From Octopus sinensis (lineage: Eukaryota): 64,000 bases of DNA. The translations under genes were made by a program, and so were the position numbers. Below, piece by piece: positions 41,331 to 55,271 of the stretch. Within the stretch, counting starts at the first letter, position 1; every line of letters begins with the position of its first letter. The notes beneath the pieces were generated by a model. It searched no databases. It worked only from the letters and a program-made list of their open reading frames with translations, and had not been told where the DNA came from. The DNA lies in assembly GCF_006345805.1 (NCBI RefSeq), contig NC_043003.1, positions 64,728,001 through 64,792,000 on the forward strand, written 5' to 3'.

Positions 41331-41785
41331 AATGAAAATCGGCAATTTATTTACTGCCGGAAAATCCGCGCGTGCTCGGAGGATTTAGAAAAATTATAAC
41401 ATATAAACATGAGGCATGTTCTTTATCGCCTCGTGTCTATATGTGAGCCTTGGCATCCTGCTGAAGAGGCAACGTCAGTTGTAAATTAAAATTATTTTAT
41501 TTTATTTACATAAGATTGCCGAGACTATGCATAGTCCAGGAAAGATTGGGTAAATGTTTTTTTTTTCATTCTCTTTCAGAATTGCAACCATTAGTGGCTT
41601 GGAGTTTTAACTGCTCTTTCTAGTGAGTCAGATGTCCTATTATGGTCATCTCTTATGTGTTTAAGTGTGCCCTGTATTTTTCTATGAATAATATATAGTC
41701 TATTGACTAATTTTTTCCTTCTCGCTAGACCACTGGTAGCAAATAATTTTTCTATAAATTTTTTTTTTGCTACCCTAAGATTTAA

Positions 41786-41924
<139 letters not shown>

Positions 41925-42294
41925 CGACGGGTTTCTTCCAGTTTCCGTCTACTAAATCCACTCACAAGGCTTTCGTTGGTCCGAGGCTATAGTAGAAGAC
42001 ACTTGTCCAGGGTGCCACGTAGTAGGATTGAACCCTAGACCATATGGTTGGGAAGCAAGCTTCTTACCACACAGCCACACCTGCGCGTAAAATATTTAAA
42101 TAAATTCAATCGAGCTTGACAGTGGACCTTTAAATAGTCGTTAGATATGCTAGAAATAGCAGACACATCACCTTTAAGCAACAATGGTAAAAATAAAACG
42201 ATGTGAAAGTACATAAGATAATGTTGCCACATGTATCTCTAACTCAGTGGAATGGTCACGGCTAGAATAGCTTTGATCTTAATTTTGTTCGTTA

Positions 42295-42388
42295 AACGTC
42301 ATCGTCAGCAGCATTATCATTGTCGTTGTCGTCTGTCATCATTAACACGATTGTCGTCATCGATGTCATTATCATCATGATCATCAGC

Positions 42389-42436
<48 letters not shown>

Positions 42437-42730
42437 TTCATCATCATCATCGTCGACGTCGTCGTCATCATCATCATCATTGTCGTATCGTGATCATCAT
42501 CTGCATCATCATCACCGTCTTCACTATTACTATCCCCCTTCACCTCCTCCTCCCCTTCATCATCATTACCACAACCACCATCGTCATCATCATCATCACA
42601 TGCATCATCATCATCACATGCATCATCATCAGCAGTAGCAACATCACCATCATCAACGTCATCGTCACCGTCATCATCATCATCATCATCATCATCATCG
42701 TCATCATCATCACCACCACCACCACCATTG

Positions 42731-42763
<33 letters not shown>

Positions 42764-42985
42764 CATTCATCATCATCCCCACTTCCACCTCCACTACCAT
42801 CATCATCATCATCATCATCGTCATAATCATAATCATTGTCATCATCATCATCATCATCATCATCATCGTCACCTACGTCATCATCATCGTCATCGTTGTC
42901 ATCATCATCGTCGTCGTCATTGTCATCATCATCTTCGTCGCCGTCGTCTCGTCGTTGTCATCGTTTATCGTCGTCATCATGTAAT
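42295..42985. repeat. Degenerate (CAT)n/(CGT)n trinucleotide block
   Basis: Directly visible. A similar block lies at 44885-45130. Confidence 0.95.
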
Positions 42986-43584
42986 CCTTATTTCAATTCC
43001 TTCACTAATCACTTCACCCAATCCTTCCCCAAACGTTATCCCTCTGGAATTCCCTCCATGCTAGTATGACTCCTTTGAATGTGTCTACGAATAGTTTAAG
43101 AAAAACTGATGGAATCAGTCTCTCTTGTCTAAAACCTGTTGCTCTCGTCTTGTTGTTATTGTTGTTGTTGTTGGTAGTGGTGGTAGTAGTGGTGGCGGCG
43201 GCGGCGGAGGCGGTGGTTTTTGTTGTCGATGATAATGATGTTTACCAAGAAGACCTATGACCCAAGGCGTTTCAGATGTGATCATCCCTTCTTTTTTTAT
43301 TTAAAATTCTTTTATTTTTTATTTAAAATTCTTTTTCCTTTTTTTTGTTATACAAAACTACCTAATCCATTTTTTTTTCAAAAGTCGATTGAAGAAAAGA
43401 TGTTTAGAGCTGTCACCATAGCAACTAAATTTCAGCCCCACCTCTCTTACCGCACGCCATAATTTAATTTAAATTTTAGTCAATTAAAATTTTGGCCAGT
43501 ATTTTTTTTCTTTGCTTGTTAGCGCTTCTGAGAGAAATTTTCATAAAAGCTAATGAATTTTCTTCTCAACTCAGTAATAATTTC

Positions 43585-43700
43585 AAAAGAGACAAAATTG
43601 ATGCCCAAAGCAAGCGAGCATCTACTGCATTCGGGCGTCTTCAAAGCTGGCTTCGGCTCAGGTCAGAGATCCATATCTGCCTCAATACTAAATGTAGATC
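43585..43700 (+). mobile_element. RTE RT C-terminal fragment
   Basis: KRASTAFGRL...IHICLNTK, resembling the RTE KASxAFGRL...IxLxTK motif. Confidence 0.55.
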
Positions 43701-43789
43701 TCTGATCGAGATATCTTCCACCTCGAAGAAGACACAAGTCCGTTACAGGTTTCATTTGCAGTTTTAGTTGGGGTCTTCTTTTCATTTAA

Positions 43790-43980
43790 GTGGATTGTGA
43801 TAGATCGTTAGCCACTACACACATTTTTTTCTCTCCTTGTTTTTTCTGTGTCCCTTTCTGTAGAAGAGCGTAGGCTCGAAACGTAAAAGACTTTTTCTAT
43901 TCCTGAGCGTTATACTAATACATCTGTTTGTTTTGTACACCACCTGTCTTCGTCTTTTGTTTTTTTCGTAAACTCTCCCT
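43790..43980 (+). mobile_element. Penelope-like terminal repeat with a variant minimal hammerhead motif (second copy at 53480-53665)
   Basis: CTTT-CTGTAGA-A-GAGC gtag GCTC-GAAAC-GT-A-AAAG at 43854-43889. The same 180 bp repeat recurs at 53480-53665. Confidence 0.5.
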
Positions 43981-44010
43981 ATATATGAAAGAAAGCGATT
44001 TGCTCAGGAA

Positions 44011-44146
44011 TACGAGGGGTGTATGAAAGACCTTTGACCTTCAAGGCCTTTGAGCCTTGAAGTCTTGTACCTTCATCAGAAGTCTTGTACCATGTTCTGT
44101 TTTTTTTTTTTTTTTGAGGCTCAAGACTTTTCATATACCCCTCATA
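44011..44146. mobile_element. Mariner-type MITE (136 bp)
   Basis: TACGAGGGGTGTATGAAAGA at the left end and its near reverse complement GACTTTTCATATACCCCTCATA at the right end, with TA at both termini. Confidence 0.75.
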
Positions 44147-45433
44147 CAACGCAACGCTGGTCTGAGAATCGAGCACTGTAGCGAGTGCTCATTTGCACCA
44201 TTCTGATGTCTGCTAGACGTGGCAAATAAGCGGAGTGCACTTACGCAAACTGGACTTTGCCGTTGTTGTCTGGTTGATTCCTCTCTCTATATCTTGCTCA
44301 AAAAACAGCCCCGGTGGTTTCACCTTGCAGTCAGTCATCTAAGGGACAAGTTCATATGCAATGCACCCGCACCAGCACCCGGTTCTGTTTAAACAGTAAA
44401 ACTAGGCAACGGAAAATGTCGATTACTGCGATCAAATTGGAGCTTGGATCGATATCTCGTACGTTCGTTTATCTTGCCTGTCAGTGGAATTGTGACTAAC
44501 TGACAATCTCTGATTTAAACAGATATGATAGCAGGGCGTGGTCAGCTTCGATTCTTGATTCTTTAAATTCACTGGCTGGAGCCGGCTCAGCTCATCCAAT
44601 CTGAATCCCTTCGAAAGTACAAATAGATATAATTAAGCCACTTAATTGATACACCAAATTAAGTATAGTTGTCTACACTCAGCTGTAAGTTCTTCATCCT
44701 GGGAAAAGATTCAACACTGAACTCAACAAATTAGGTTTTCTGCCAACGTCATAACGGGTAGGCGAAATTTATCTGTTAGGGGAGAAGGTTGCACCTGTTT
44801 GGGGAAGCCCATCATTAAGCTATGCTTCGGTGAGGAGGACTAATAGAACCTAATTATTGACCAGAATTGCCACTGTAGGTGTCAACATCTGATGCCCTCA
44901 ACATCATCATCATCATCATTGTCACTATCACCACCACCATCACCACCATCATCGTCATCATCATCATCGTCGTTGTCATCGTCATTGGCACCATCATCAT
45001 TATCATCGTCATCGTCATCATTATCATCATCATCACTACTATCACAATTATTGTCTCGTTGTCGTCATCGTTATTATCATTATCGTCGACGACGACAACA
45101 ACAACCACAACAACAACAACAGCAACAACAATCCCTAAACATTACTGTTTCGAGTCCCGGAACACACAGGACTTGTTTCCCCGATTTCCATGACTTCAAT
45201 AGTGACCGAGATCACAAGATTTCCTTTGAAACGAAAGCCGAGCCGTGTCAGGGGGACACATTTAAGCTGAGTCTACAGGAGCAATGCGAAATAAAATGTT
45301 TTGCTCAAGGACATAATGCACCACCCGATGCGGGAATGGAACCCACAATCTTGCGATCGTGAGTGCAAATATTCTAACTGCCAGGCATCGCGTTCCATAC
45401 CCGCAGTAAAATTAAATTTGATATTTGACTAAC

Positions 45434-46100
45434 TAAGGCGGCGAGCTGGCAGAAACGTTAGCACGACGGGCGAAATGCCTAGCGGTATTTAGTCTTTTTC
45501 ACGTTCTGAGTTCAAATTACGCTGAGGTCGACTTTGCCTTTTATCCTTTCGGGGTCGGTAAATTAAGTACCAGTTACGCACTGGGGTCGATGTAATCGAC
45601 TTAATCCATTTGTCTGTCCTTGTTTGTCCCCTCTATGTTTAGCCCCTTGTGGGCAATAAAGAAATAAGAAACGTTAGCACACCGGGCGAAATGCTTAGCG
45701 GTATTTCGTCTGCTGTTACGTACTGAGTTCAAATTCCACCGAGGTCGACTTTGCCTTTTATCCTTTCGGGGTCGATAAATTAAGCACTAGTTGCATACTG
45801 GGGTCGATGTAATCAACTGGCCTCCTCCCCCAAAATTTCGGGCCGTGTGCCTAGAATAGAAAAGAATATTTGATTAAATGAAGGCAGTGCGCTTACAGAA
45901 TTACTATTGCGTCGGATAAAACGCTTGGCGACATTTCTTCCGGCTTTACGATTTATGTTCAAGTGTCGCCGAGGTCGACTTTGCATTTCATACTTTCAGG
46001 GTCGATAAAATAAGTACCAGTTGAACATTGTACCAGTTCAACTGTAATCGGCTAGATCCTTCCCACAAAATTTCAGTCCTAGTGTCTATAGCTGGAAAAG
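45434..46100 (+). mobile_element. SINE family A, dimer plus an older monomer
   Basis: Same head and core as other family A copies. Confidence 0.8.
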
Positions 46101-46948
46101 AAGAAAAATTGATAGGCGCAGGCGTGGCTGTGCGGTAAGAAGCTTGTTTCCCAACCACATAGTTCAGAGTTCAGTCCCACTTTGTGGCACCTTGGGCAAG
46201 TGTTTTCTACTGTAGCCGCGGGCCGACCAAAATCTTGTGAGTAGATTTGATAGATGGAAACTAAAAAGAAACTTGTCGTACTTCCCTGCCTTCTCTTCTT
46301 GCTCACTTTCCTTCCTCTTGTCATTTCACTGTGTCCCCGTAATTTTTCTCGGCCTCCTTAATTCTTCTGTCCCTCTGCCTCTACCTCTCTCTCTCTTCTT
46401 TCCCCACGTGACCGGTGTTCGGCCAAGCCTGATCTTTCTTTCTTGATTCAGCCGTCGTCCGTGCAACATCTATATTCCTCACTGTTCCAGTGAAATTTTG
46501 TATCACTGCCGTAAGGCTTTATTTCCACACACGCCAGCTTAATTTGATTCGTCCTTAGTCGAAAGACACCTGTTGCTATGTCCTGTTATTTGTATTTGTG
46601 TAACATTCTCCGTCTTTTTACCGTCCTTGTTTTCGTATACATTCGCTGCTTTCTTCCACTGAATCTAATGCTCTTAGCTTAGTTTTTCCTTGGGGCTGGC
46701 CAGATTGAAGCAATCTCGAGTATAACCACCCGAAATTGCAAAGATAATCTGGAACTCGACTGATGAAAGAAAACTCCGAATGACCCATCCTTATTTTCTC
46801 TGTATCGTCTATCTGGATGTTTTCTTGTCCCTTTTTTGTATCACCTGTCTGAGTGTTTTGCGTTCTTGTCCCATTTTGTATTATATATATATATATATAA
46901 TATATATATATAGATATATATATATATATATATATAATATTATATATA

Positions 46949-46984
<36 letters not shown>

Positions 46985-47581
46985 TGTATGTATTTGTGTG
47001 TCTATGTTTGTCTCCCTAACCTTGCTTGACAGCCAGTGTTGGTGTGTTTTATAGGTCGCAAAAGCGAACTATAAAATAAGAACTAGGCTTCCAAAGAATA
47101 AGTCTTGAGGTCGATTTGTTCGACTAAAGGCGGTGCCCCAACATGGCCGCAGTCAAATAACTGAAACAAGTAAAAAGACTAAAAGAATAATTGAAATTAC
47201 AAAAGTTATCTTTCCTCTTCTTCTGAAATTAATTTTCATTAACGCTTATAAATTTTCTTCTCATTACAGTTATAACTATAATTAATTGAAAGTTATTTTC
47301 TGCTAATATAACAATTATATTAGCGCGCACTGAACCGTAGATAATTAATCAGAGACCCACAGGATAGCCTCGCTCCTCAGACAGATGTTTCAAACTCGTG
47401 TCTGTTTGCCTGTCACTAGCGTTCAATCATTGATTTTCACAAGATATTAGGATGAGGCGGGGAGAGAGAACAGAGTGAACATATGAACTCTATAGAAAAT
47501 ACAAAACTCGTTGCCGTGGAAACATTATCTGTATCCCAAATGGGAGGTGTGCGTGTGTTCAACGGAAACACCGGCTTCTGC

Positions 47582-47707
<126 letters not shown>

Positions 47708-47949
47708 TAGAGAGAGATAAAGAGAGATATAGAGAGAGATAGAGATAAATATGTATATATATGCATGTACATATATGTCTATGTGTGTATGTATGTATTA
47801 TGTATGTGTTATGTATGTATGTGTGTGTATGTGTGTGTGTATGTGTGTGTGTACATGTATGTGTATGCACCATGTGTGTATATACAACTGTAAAGTACAT
47901 GTACATATGTGTGTGAGTGTGCGTCTGTATGTGTGGTGTATGTGTGTGT

Positions 47950-47996
<47 letters not shown>

Positions 47997-48771
47997 AACA
48001 GCAAGCAGCGTTCGGATAGAGGAGGCTGGTGGATGCGTTGGTGTGTGCTCACGCACACGTGACCTTTTTATGTCTTTCGTTCATTTGAATAACGCAGACC
48101 CTAATGGGTTGCAAATATCTATGTCAGCGAACTCCTTAAAATAATCGCGTCCCCTTTAAACTGTGACCATTTGCTCCCTCTGTGACTTACCGCCACGACC
48201 AAAATCATAAATGATTAATGATGATCGTTGGCGAAACCGGTCACGTGGAAAAAAACTAGTCACGTGGTCACAACTGTCCTGTGCCTACCACGTAGGAGTG
48301 GTGGGCAGAGGAGAGTTGGAATAAAGCGGACTGAATCTACTAAATCCAGATATATTACTGGTATTCTTTCTATCGATTCTATAAGATTTTAAAAGCAATA
48401 CTTTGAACTGTCATACGTTGTGCAGTAGCGTTACTAGCTGTGGGGGACTGTTCATTCCGGGTGGCGATTCATGAGGAAGGCACCCTTTTTGGGTCTGCTG
48501 TATACGTCTGTGTTGAGAAGAGGAGAGGTGAGGTGGCACACTGAGAGATTGCATCCGGCAGTACACTCAGTGACTGCATCTGGTGACACACTTAGAGACT
48601 GCACCCGGTGGAAAACACTCCAGCTACGTCACTGACTTTGTGACGAGTAAATGAAAATGTCTAGGGGCCATAGAAATAGCAATTAAATTTCCCTCATATC
48701 ACCGATCATCTAGGCGCAGGAGTGGCTGTGTGGAAAGAAGCTTACTTCTTACCACACAGCTACTCCTACGA

Positions 48772-49190
48772 GGCAGCGAGCTAGCAAAAACGTTAGCACG
48801 CCGGGCGAAATGCTTAGTGGTATTTCGTCTGCGGCTATGTTGTGAGTTCAAATTCCGCCGAGGTCGACTTTGCCTTTGATCATTTCGGGGTCGATTAAAT
48901 AAGTACTAGTTACGCACTGGGGTAAATGTAATCGACTCAATCCGTTTGTCTGTCCTTGTTTGTCCTCTCTGTGTTTAGCCCCTTGTGGGTAGTAAAGAAA
49001 TAGGTATTTCGTCTGCCGCTACGTTCTGAGTTCAAATTCCGCCGAGGTCGACTTTGCCTTTCATCCTTTCGAGGTCGATAAATTAAGTACTAGTTACGCA
49101 CTGAGGTCGATCTAATCGACTTAATCCCTTTGTCTGTCCATGGTTGTCTCCTCTATGTTTAGCCCCTTTTTGGGCAATAAAGAAATAAGA
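48772..49190 (+). mobile_element. SINE family A, dimer
   Basis: Same head, core and junction as other family A copies. Confidence 0.85.
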
Positions 49191-50309
49191 AGCTTGCTTC
49201 CCCCAGTGCTTTGACGGATGATTTTGTGATCTTCTTCCATAAGGGAGAGGCGATTCAGAGCACCATAAGGAAGCTAGAGGGCCGGAGAGAGGGGACCTTG
49301 CCCTGGACTGAAGACCCCGATTGGCCTCCGCAGGTAACTGCGGAGGTTATAACGGACGTTGAAATGTTCAAGGTGATGGACTCCTTCCCGAAGGACTGGT
49401 ATAGGTTTGTCTTTTGGCACAGCGACCTGGAACTACAGGGCTGCCTGTGGGTAGCATATGGCTTGGGCGAAGAGAGAGGATGAGGCCTTAGTGTCTCAAT
49501 TTTTTTTTTGGTATATTGATTGTATTCATTGGTAACAGGCCCAGCGCCTCAATTTGTAAAGATGATTACGCCAATTATTATTGAACTGAGGTAAGAGGTT
49601 TAGTTCCTCATTTTGTTTAGTTTTTTTTTTAAAAAGAGAACAATGCTTTCGAGAATGCAACAATATGTGGGCGTTGTTAGCTTCTCCCATCAACCATTTC
49701 TTTCATTTCATCATCATCGTGTCCTCGTCCAGCCCACAACTACTCCTTCTGTGTAATGCCTTTATGGCAAATCGAATGAAATAAAGAAGCTTCTTTACCA
49801 ACCACATGGTTCCGGATTCAGTCTCACTGCGTGGCACTATGAGCAAGTGTTTTCTACTATAGCTTCGAGCCGACCAAAGCCTTGTGAGTGGATTTCGTAG
49901 GCGGAAACTGCAAGAAGCCCGTCGTATGTGTGTGTGCGTGTGTGTGTGTGTTTGTTTGTCCCCCCAGCACCACTACCATCGCTTGACAACCAAATGTCGG
50001 TGTGTTTACGTCCCCGTAACTTAGCGGTTCGGTAAAAGACACCGATAGAATAAGTACTAAGCTTACAAAAAAATAAGTCCTGGGGTCAATTTGTTAGACT
50101 AAAGGCGGTGCTCCAGGATGGCTGCAGTGTACATTTAAACACAAGAGAAACTACCTTTTAACAGATAATTAACAGATAAAATAAGTGGGCATTAAGAATT
50201 AGTTATAAATTCCATATTCCTTTTACAAATTTATTGAAACAAATGATACCTGTTTTTTTATGATATGAAAAATATGAAAGGAAATCTTCATATTTCAACG
50301 TAAACACTG

Positions 50310-50870
50310 GTGGCGTCAATCAGTTTCCTGAAACGGCCAGGGATGGAATGAACAACCCTCCAGTGTGCAAGGTTTCGTCTTTTTACACTTCTTTTTATGT
50401 AATCCCACAGGTAAAAGTCACATGGAGTGAGATCTGGACTTCTTGGTGTTCTGGACTTCCGCAGTCAGTTTTCAGGTTTTAACTCCTGTATATAATGGGG
50501 TTACCACGGACGATAATTTAATTCTTTATGCAACACCGTATGTCTTGTTAGTTCACTTTCGCGAGCTACTTGACCTGTTGATTTTTGCGGGCTGCGATTA
50601 AACATTCCCGGCACTGTTGCCATGCTCTCCGCTAATCAGGATGTGGTTGGACGTCCACCTCTTGCTTCGTTTACAGAGCCCGTGGTCATCAGTTTTGCAT
50701 GACAACTTTTTTATTGTCTCCGAACGTAGTGTTGCATGCTTACTTTTCCATGCACGCCACCATCTCTGAACAAAATAACAATGGAATTCCACACTTCATA
50801 GCATGTTGCTATCTTTGCTCGCTCCTCAACAGTCAAGCAACCGACATCTAGAACATAAGAAATAAGAAAT
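50310..50870 (-). mobile_element. Internally deleted Tc1/mariner (maT/DD37D-like) transposase remnant
   Basis: Minus strand reads LTVEERAKIATCYEVWNSI...VQRWWRAWKSKHATLRSETIK (HTH-like N-terminus), followed by a C-terminal-like RFRKLIDATSVYVEI. Confidence 0.65.
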
Positions 50871-50987
50871 AGGACAACTGTTTAAAAGATGTTTCGTCAT
50901 AACTTCAACGATACTAAAAATTCTATAAGCAATATGTAATGCCTAGTTACTTTCCACCTACCCTATAAATAGATATATAGATACCAA

Positions 50988-51018
<31 letters not shown>

Positions 51019-51449
51019 GTGCGTGTGTGTGTGTGCATGTGTGTGTGTGTGTGTGTGTGTGTGCATGGGTTGATGTTTCTTAAGTTGCTTATAGTTTAAT
51101 TCGGATGTTTCTGTTCCCCACTACACGATCTAGTGGTCAAAACAATTCCAGCCGTGACCATCCCATCTTTTTTCTCCAAGCGTTCTATATTATCATCATA
51201 TTATCATGCATACCGTTCTTCTTTTAAGACAGAAGCATAAGATTTGAAGTTGATATAGCAGCTATTTCAGATAGACCCAGGGGTTCCTTCATTTTTCTGT
51301 ATTCGACTGCTATCTTTACTAAATCAAGTAATTTCGTAGAAGCTCCTGTGTTGCGTTGATATTGTTTAGAGATGTGTATAGTCTAAATGCGGAGAGGAAT
51401 ACCACCTCTGTCTCTGTCTATCTGTTGCTATCGCTCTCTTTCACACACA

Positions 51450-51508
<59 letters not shown>

Positions 51509-51664
51509 CTCGTTTGCAGAATGGAGATAACGGCTGTGGGTGAAAACAAACGCAATATTTCAAGGTCGCAACAGAAACAGAAAGAAAAACAGAAAACAGA
51601 GTCACAGAAAGTGACTGAACCAAGACATTACATGTGTGAGTGTGCGCATGCGTGTGCATGTATG

Positions 51665-51711
<47 letters not shown>

Positions 51712-51871
51712 ATGTGTGCTATATACAGAACACTGATATACATGACACACAAGCTGATATAAATTTATTGACGTAAACAAGCATCTGATCAACTCAACGC
51801 AGCGCCAGGTGTCCTAGATTCCATTGTTGAGATGTTATGTGAGTAAATGTTCACACACACCCATCCGTATA

Positions 51872-51926
<55 letters not shown>

Positions 51927-51959
51927 ATATACATTATATACTATATATAATACATATAT

Positions 51960-52004
<45 letters not shown>

Positions 52005-52056
52005 GTATATATGTATATATATATATATGTATGTATATATGTTTGTCTCTCTCTCT

Positions 52057-52102
<46 letters not shown>

Positions 52103-52163
52103 GTGTATGTATATATGTATACATACAATAAAATAAATATATGTATGTATATAGGTATGTATG

Positions 52164-52197
<34 letters not shown>

Positions 52198-52611
52198 TGT
52201 ATGTATGTATGTATGTATGTATATGTACATAGAAAAAAGGCAAGATAGAAAATGCTAAAATAATTTTATAAAAAATATTTCAGTACCGGTTTCAGTCATT
52301 GAGACTTTTTCGACTGTAAGTGTGGAAAACAATTAAATTTGGGAAAAATTAAAAGAAAAGTTTTTTAAAAAGAATATTTGCATAGTGTTAAAATATAAGT
52401 GGCATTTTCCTTGTTTCTTCCTGTCTCTGTCTCTCTTGTTTACTCTGGTGGGTTCGAGGTCATTGAGAATTCTAGGTAGGGAAGAAGAAGAAGAGGAGGA
52501 GGAGGAGAAGAAGAAGAAGAAGAAGAAGAAGAAGAAGAAGAAGAAGAAGAAGAAGAAGAAGAAGAAGAAGAAGAAGAAGAAGAAGAAGAAGAAGAAGAAG
52601 AAGAAGAAAGC

Positions 52612-52805
52612 GTTATTCTAGATTACTATGTGTGGGGCACAGTTGACAAAGGATACCATCTTCCCTGTTTGCAACACCAAGGCCGCGGTGGTGGCCAAGA
52701 TCAAGAAGATGTATGGAGATTCTCCCAACGACACAGTGAGGAAAGCATCTGATGGTTCTGGAGCAGTCTTGAGGCTGTGGTGGAAGCTGTTATGTTCAGC
52801 TATAA
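52612..52805 (+). mobile_element. Mariner/maT transposase C-terminal fragment
   Basis: LDYYVWGTV...CNTKAAVVAKIKKMY...DTVRKA...LEAVVEA, recognisable across frameshifts. Confidence 0.7.
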
Positions 52806-53658
52806 TCTAGTTCAGTTGTTCCCAAAGTGAGCGGAAATACTGTGAAATACGGTTGTTTTGAATTTGTTGCAGACAATGGTTTGTGCATGTGAGGGTGGGT
52901 GGGTGGGTGAGTGGGGTCACTAAGAATGTGGCCTTAGAACTAAGGGGTCGGCAACCTGAATTGTTTTGGAATCACTGATCTCGTGGATATTTATTGATGT
53001 TTTTAAAATACTTTTATCTTAAGATGAGGTATTGTTTATTCTTTTCCTTTGACGCAGACAGTCAAATTTAACATAAATTCCGGAGGCATGAGAGATATAA
53101 AGAGAGATTTATTTGTCTATCTGACCTGTCATATGATTACAGCTGTTTCGTTTAAGTTTGCGTGCTGAAAGAAATCGTACCACATTAAGAAGGTAACGAA
53201 AACGGCTGTAACCACATGGAAGTCATACGGGAAAATATATTTATCATCACCTCTCACTCTTCCTACTTGCTAACTTTATACTTTATACACAACACACATA
53301 CTCACACACACACACACGCACACACACACACATATATATATATATGTATATATTATATAATATATATATATATATAATATATATATTATATATTATATAT
53401 ATAGTATAATATGTATATATATATATGTTTATATATATGTGTATATATATGTATATATATATATATGTATGACGCCATGATAGGTCGTTAGCCACTACAC
53501 ACATTTTTTCTCCCCTTGTTTCTTCTCTGTATCTTTCTGTAGAAGAGCGTAGGCTCAAAACGTAAAAGGCTTTTTCTATTCCTGAGCGCTATACTAATAC
53601 ATCTGTTTGTTTTGTACATCACCTGCCTTCGTCTTTTGTTTATTTTCGTACACTTTCC

Positions 53659-53701
<43 letters not shown>

Positions 53702-53714
53702 TATACATATGTAT

Positions 53715-53745
<31 letters not shown>

Positions 53746-54589
53746 CATATATACATATATATATATATTATATATGCATGTATGTATGTGTGTGTATATG
53801 TGTATGTATGTGTGTATGTGTGTGTGTGTGAGTGCGTGGGTCTGTGTGTGAGTGTGTGTAGATATGCATAAATCGATGGATGTATTTACATCGTGGTCGG
53901 TCCAGTTATTTAGTACGTATCACACATTAAGTATGATACATAGATGGCTATTTTAATTCAACTCTGCCTCAATTGCGTAAACAGGATTTTTAATCATCGG
54001 GGAAGCTATTTGTAACTCCAGCGAATATTTTGTTCACCTTTTCCTGTATCAGAGACAACGAATTAACGTCCGAACATATGGCTGGATGCGAATACGCGCT
54101 ATCGAAAAGGCCGAAAAAAGCCGAAATGCATGTGGCGACCCCGCTGGCTGCTATTGGGATGAAATTTTGTCTCCCTGTGATATTTTTTGTTTTTAACACA
54201 GCAAGTCCACCGGAAATATTATCTCAGACTTCAGTAACTGGCCTATCAACACTTGTGTATGAATTAAGTCTGACACACGGAGCTTATTTTAATTAAATAC
54301 CGCCTCAGTTGCTTTCGATGGAGTCATATAACAGAAGTTGAAGGGTATCCATGGCAATTATACAGGTTTATATTATAATATATTATTACATAACATGAAA
54401 TTTCAGAGTAACAAATGATTAAATTACAAAGATATTATGCATAATGAAAGTGACAGCCATTTATATAACCTTAAATGTTATCTTGTGATAAATCTCATAC
54501 TGCATAGGCAAACGAACTCTAGAATGGTATTTTCTCCTCTTTTACCGAATGGCGTTGTACGAGTACCCCCTTATGTTTTGCGAACCATA

Positions 54590-54789
54590 GATACAATATG
54601 GTTTCAAATTTTGGCACAAGGCCAGCAATCTTAGGAGAGGGTATTAGTCGATTACTGATTCTTTCTTTTATCAACCCCGAAAACAATTAAAAGTAAATCG
54701 TCATCGCTGGAACTTGAACTCGGGACATAAACCCGGAATAAATGCCGGTAAGCCTTTTATTTGGACAACGATTCTGCCAGCTCGCCACC

Positions 54790-54822
<33 letters not shown>

Positions 54823-55011
54823 GTTTAAAATTTTTCCACAAGGGCAACCATTTTGGTAAAGATGATGTGTTGATTAAATCGATCCCCAGTGTTTCACTGG
54901 TACTTAATTTATCGACCCCGAGAGGATAAAAGGCAAAGTCAACCTCGGAGGAATTTGAACTCAGAACGTAGCGACGGGTGAAATACCGCTAAGCATTTAG
55001 CCAAGGCGTGC

Positions 55012-55049
<38 letters not shown>

Positions 55050-55240
55050 TCTCCTAAAGGCACAAGGCCTGAAATTTTGGGGGAGGGGTCAAGTCGATTA
55101 CAGCGACTCCAATGTTTCACTAGTACTTAATTTATCGACCCCGAAAGAATGAAAGACAAATTGACTTCGGCAGAATTTGAACTCAGAATGTAAAAACGTG
55201 CTAACGATTCTGCCAGCTCGCTGCCTTAATAATAATAATA

Positions 55241-55271
<31 letters not shown>

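Noticed and set aside
52893-52907. G-quadruplex motif GGGTGGGTGGGTGGG
   Set aside because: It lies inside a decayed MITE with no link to a gene or promoter.
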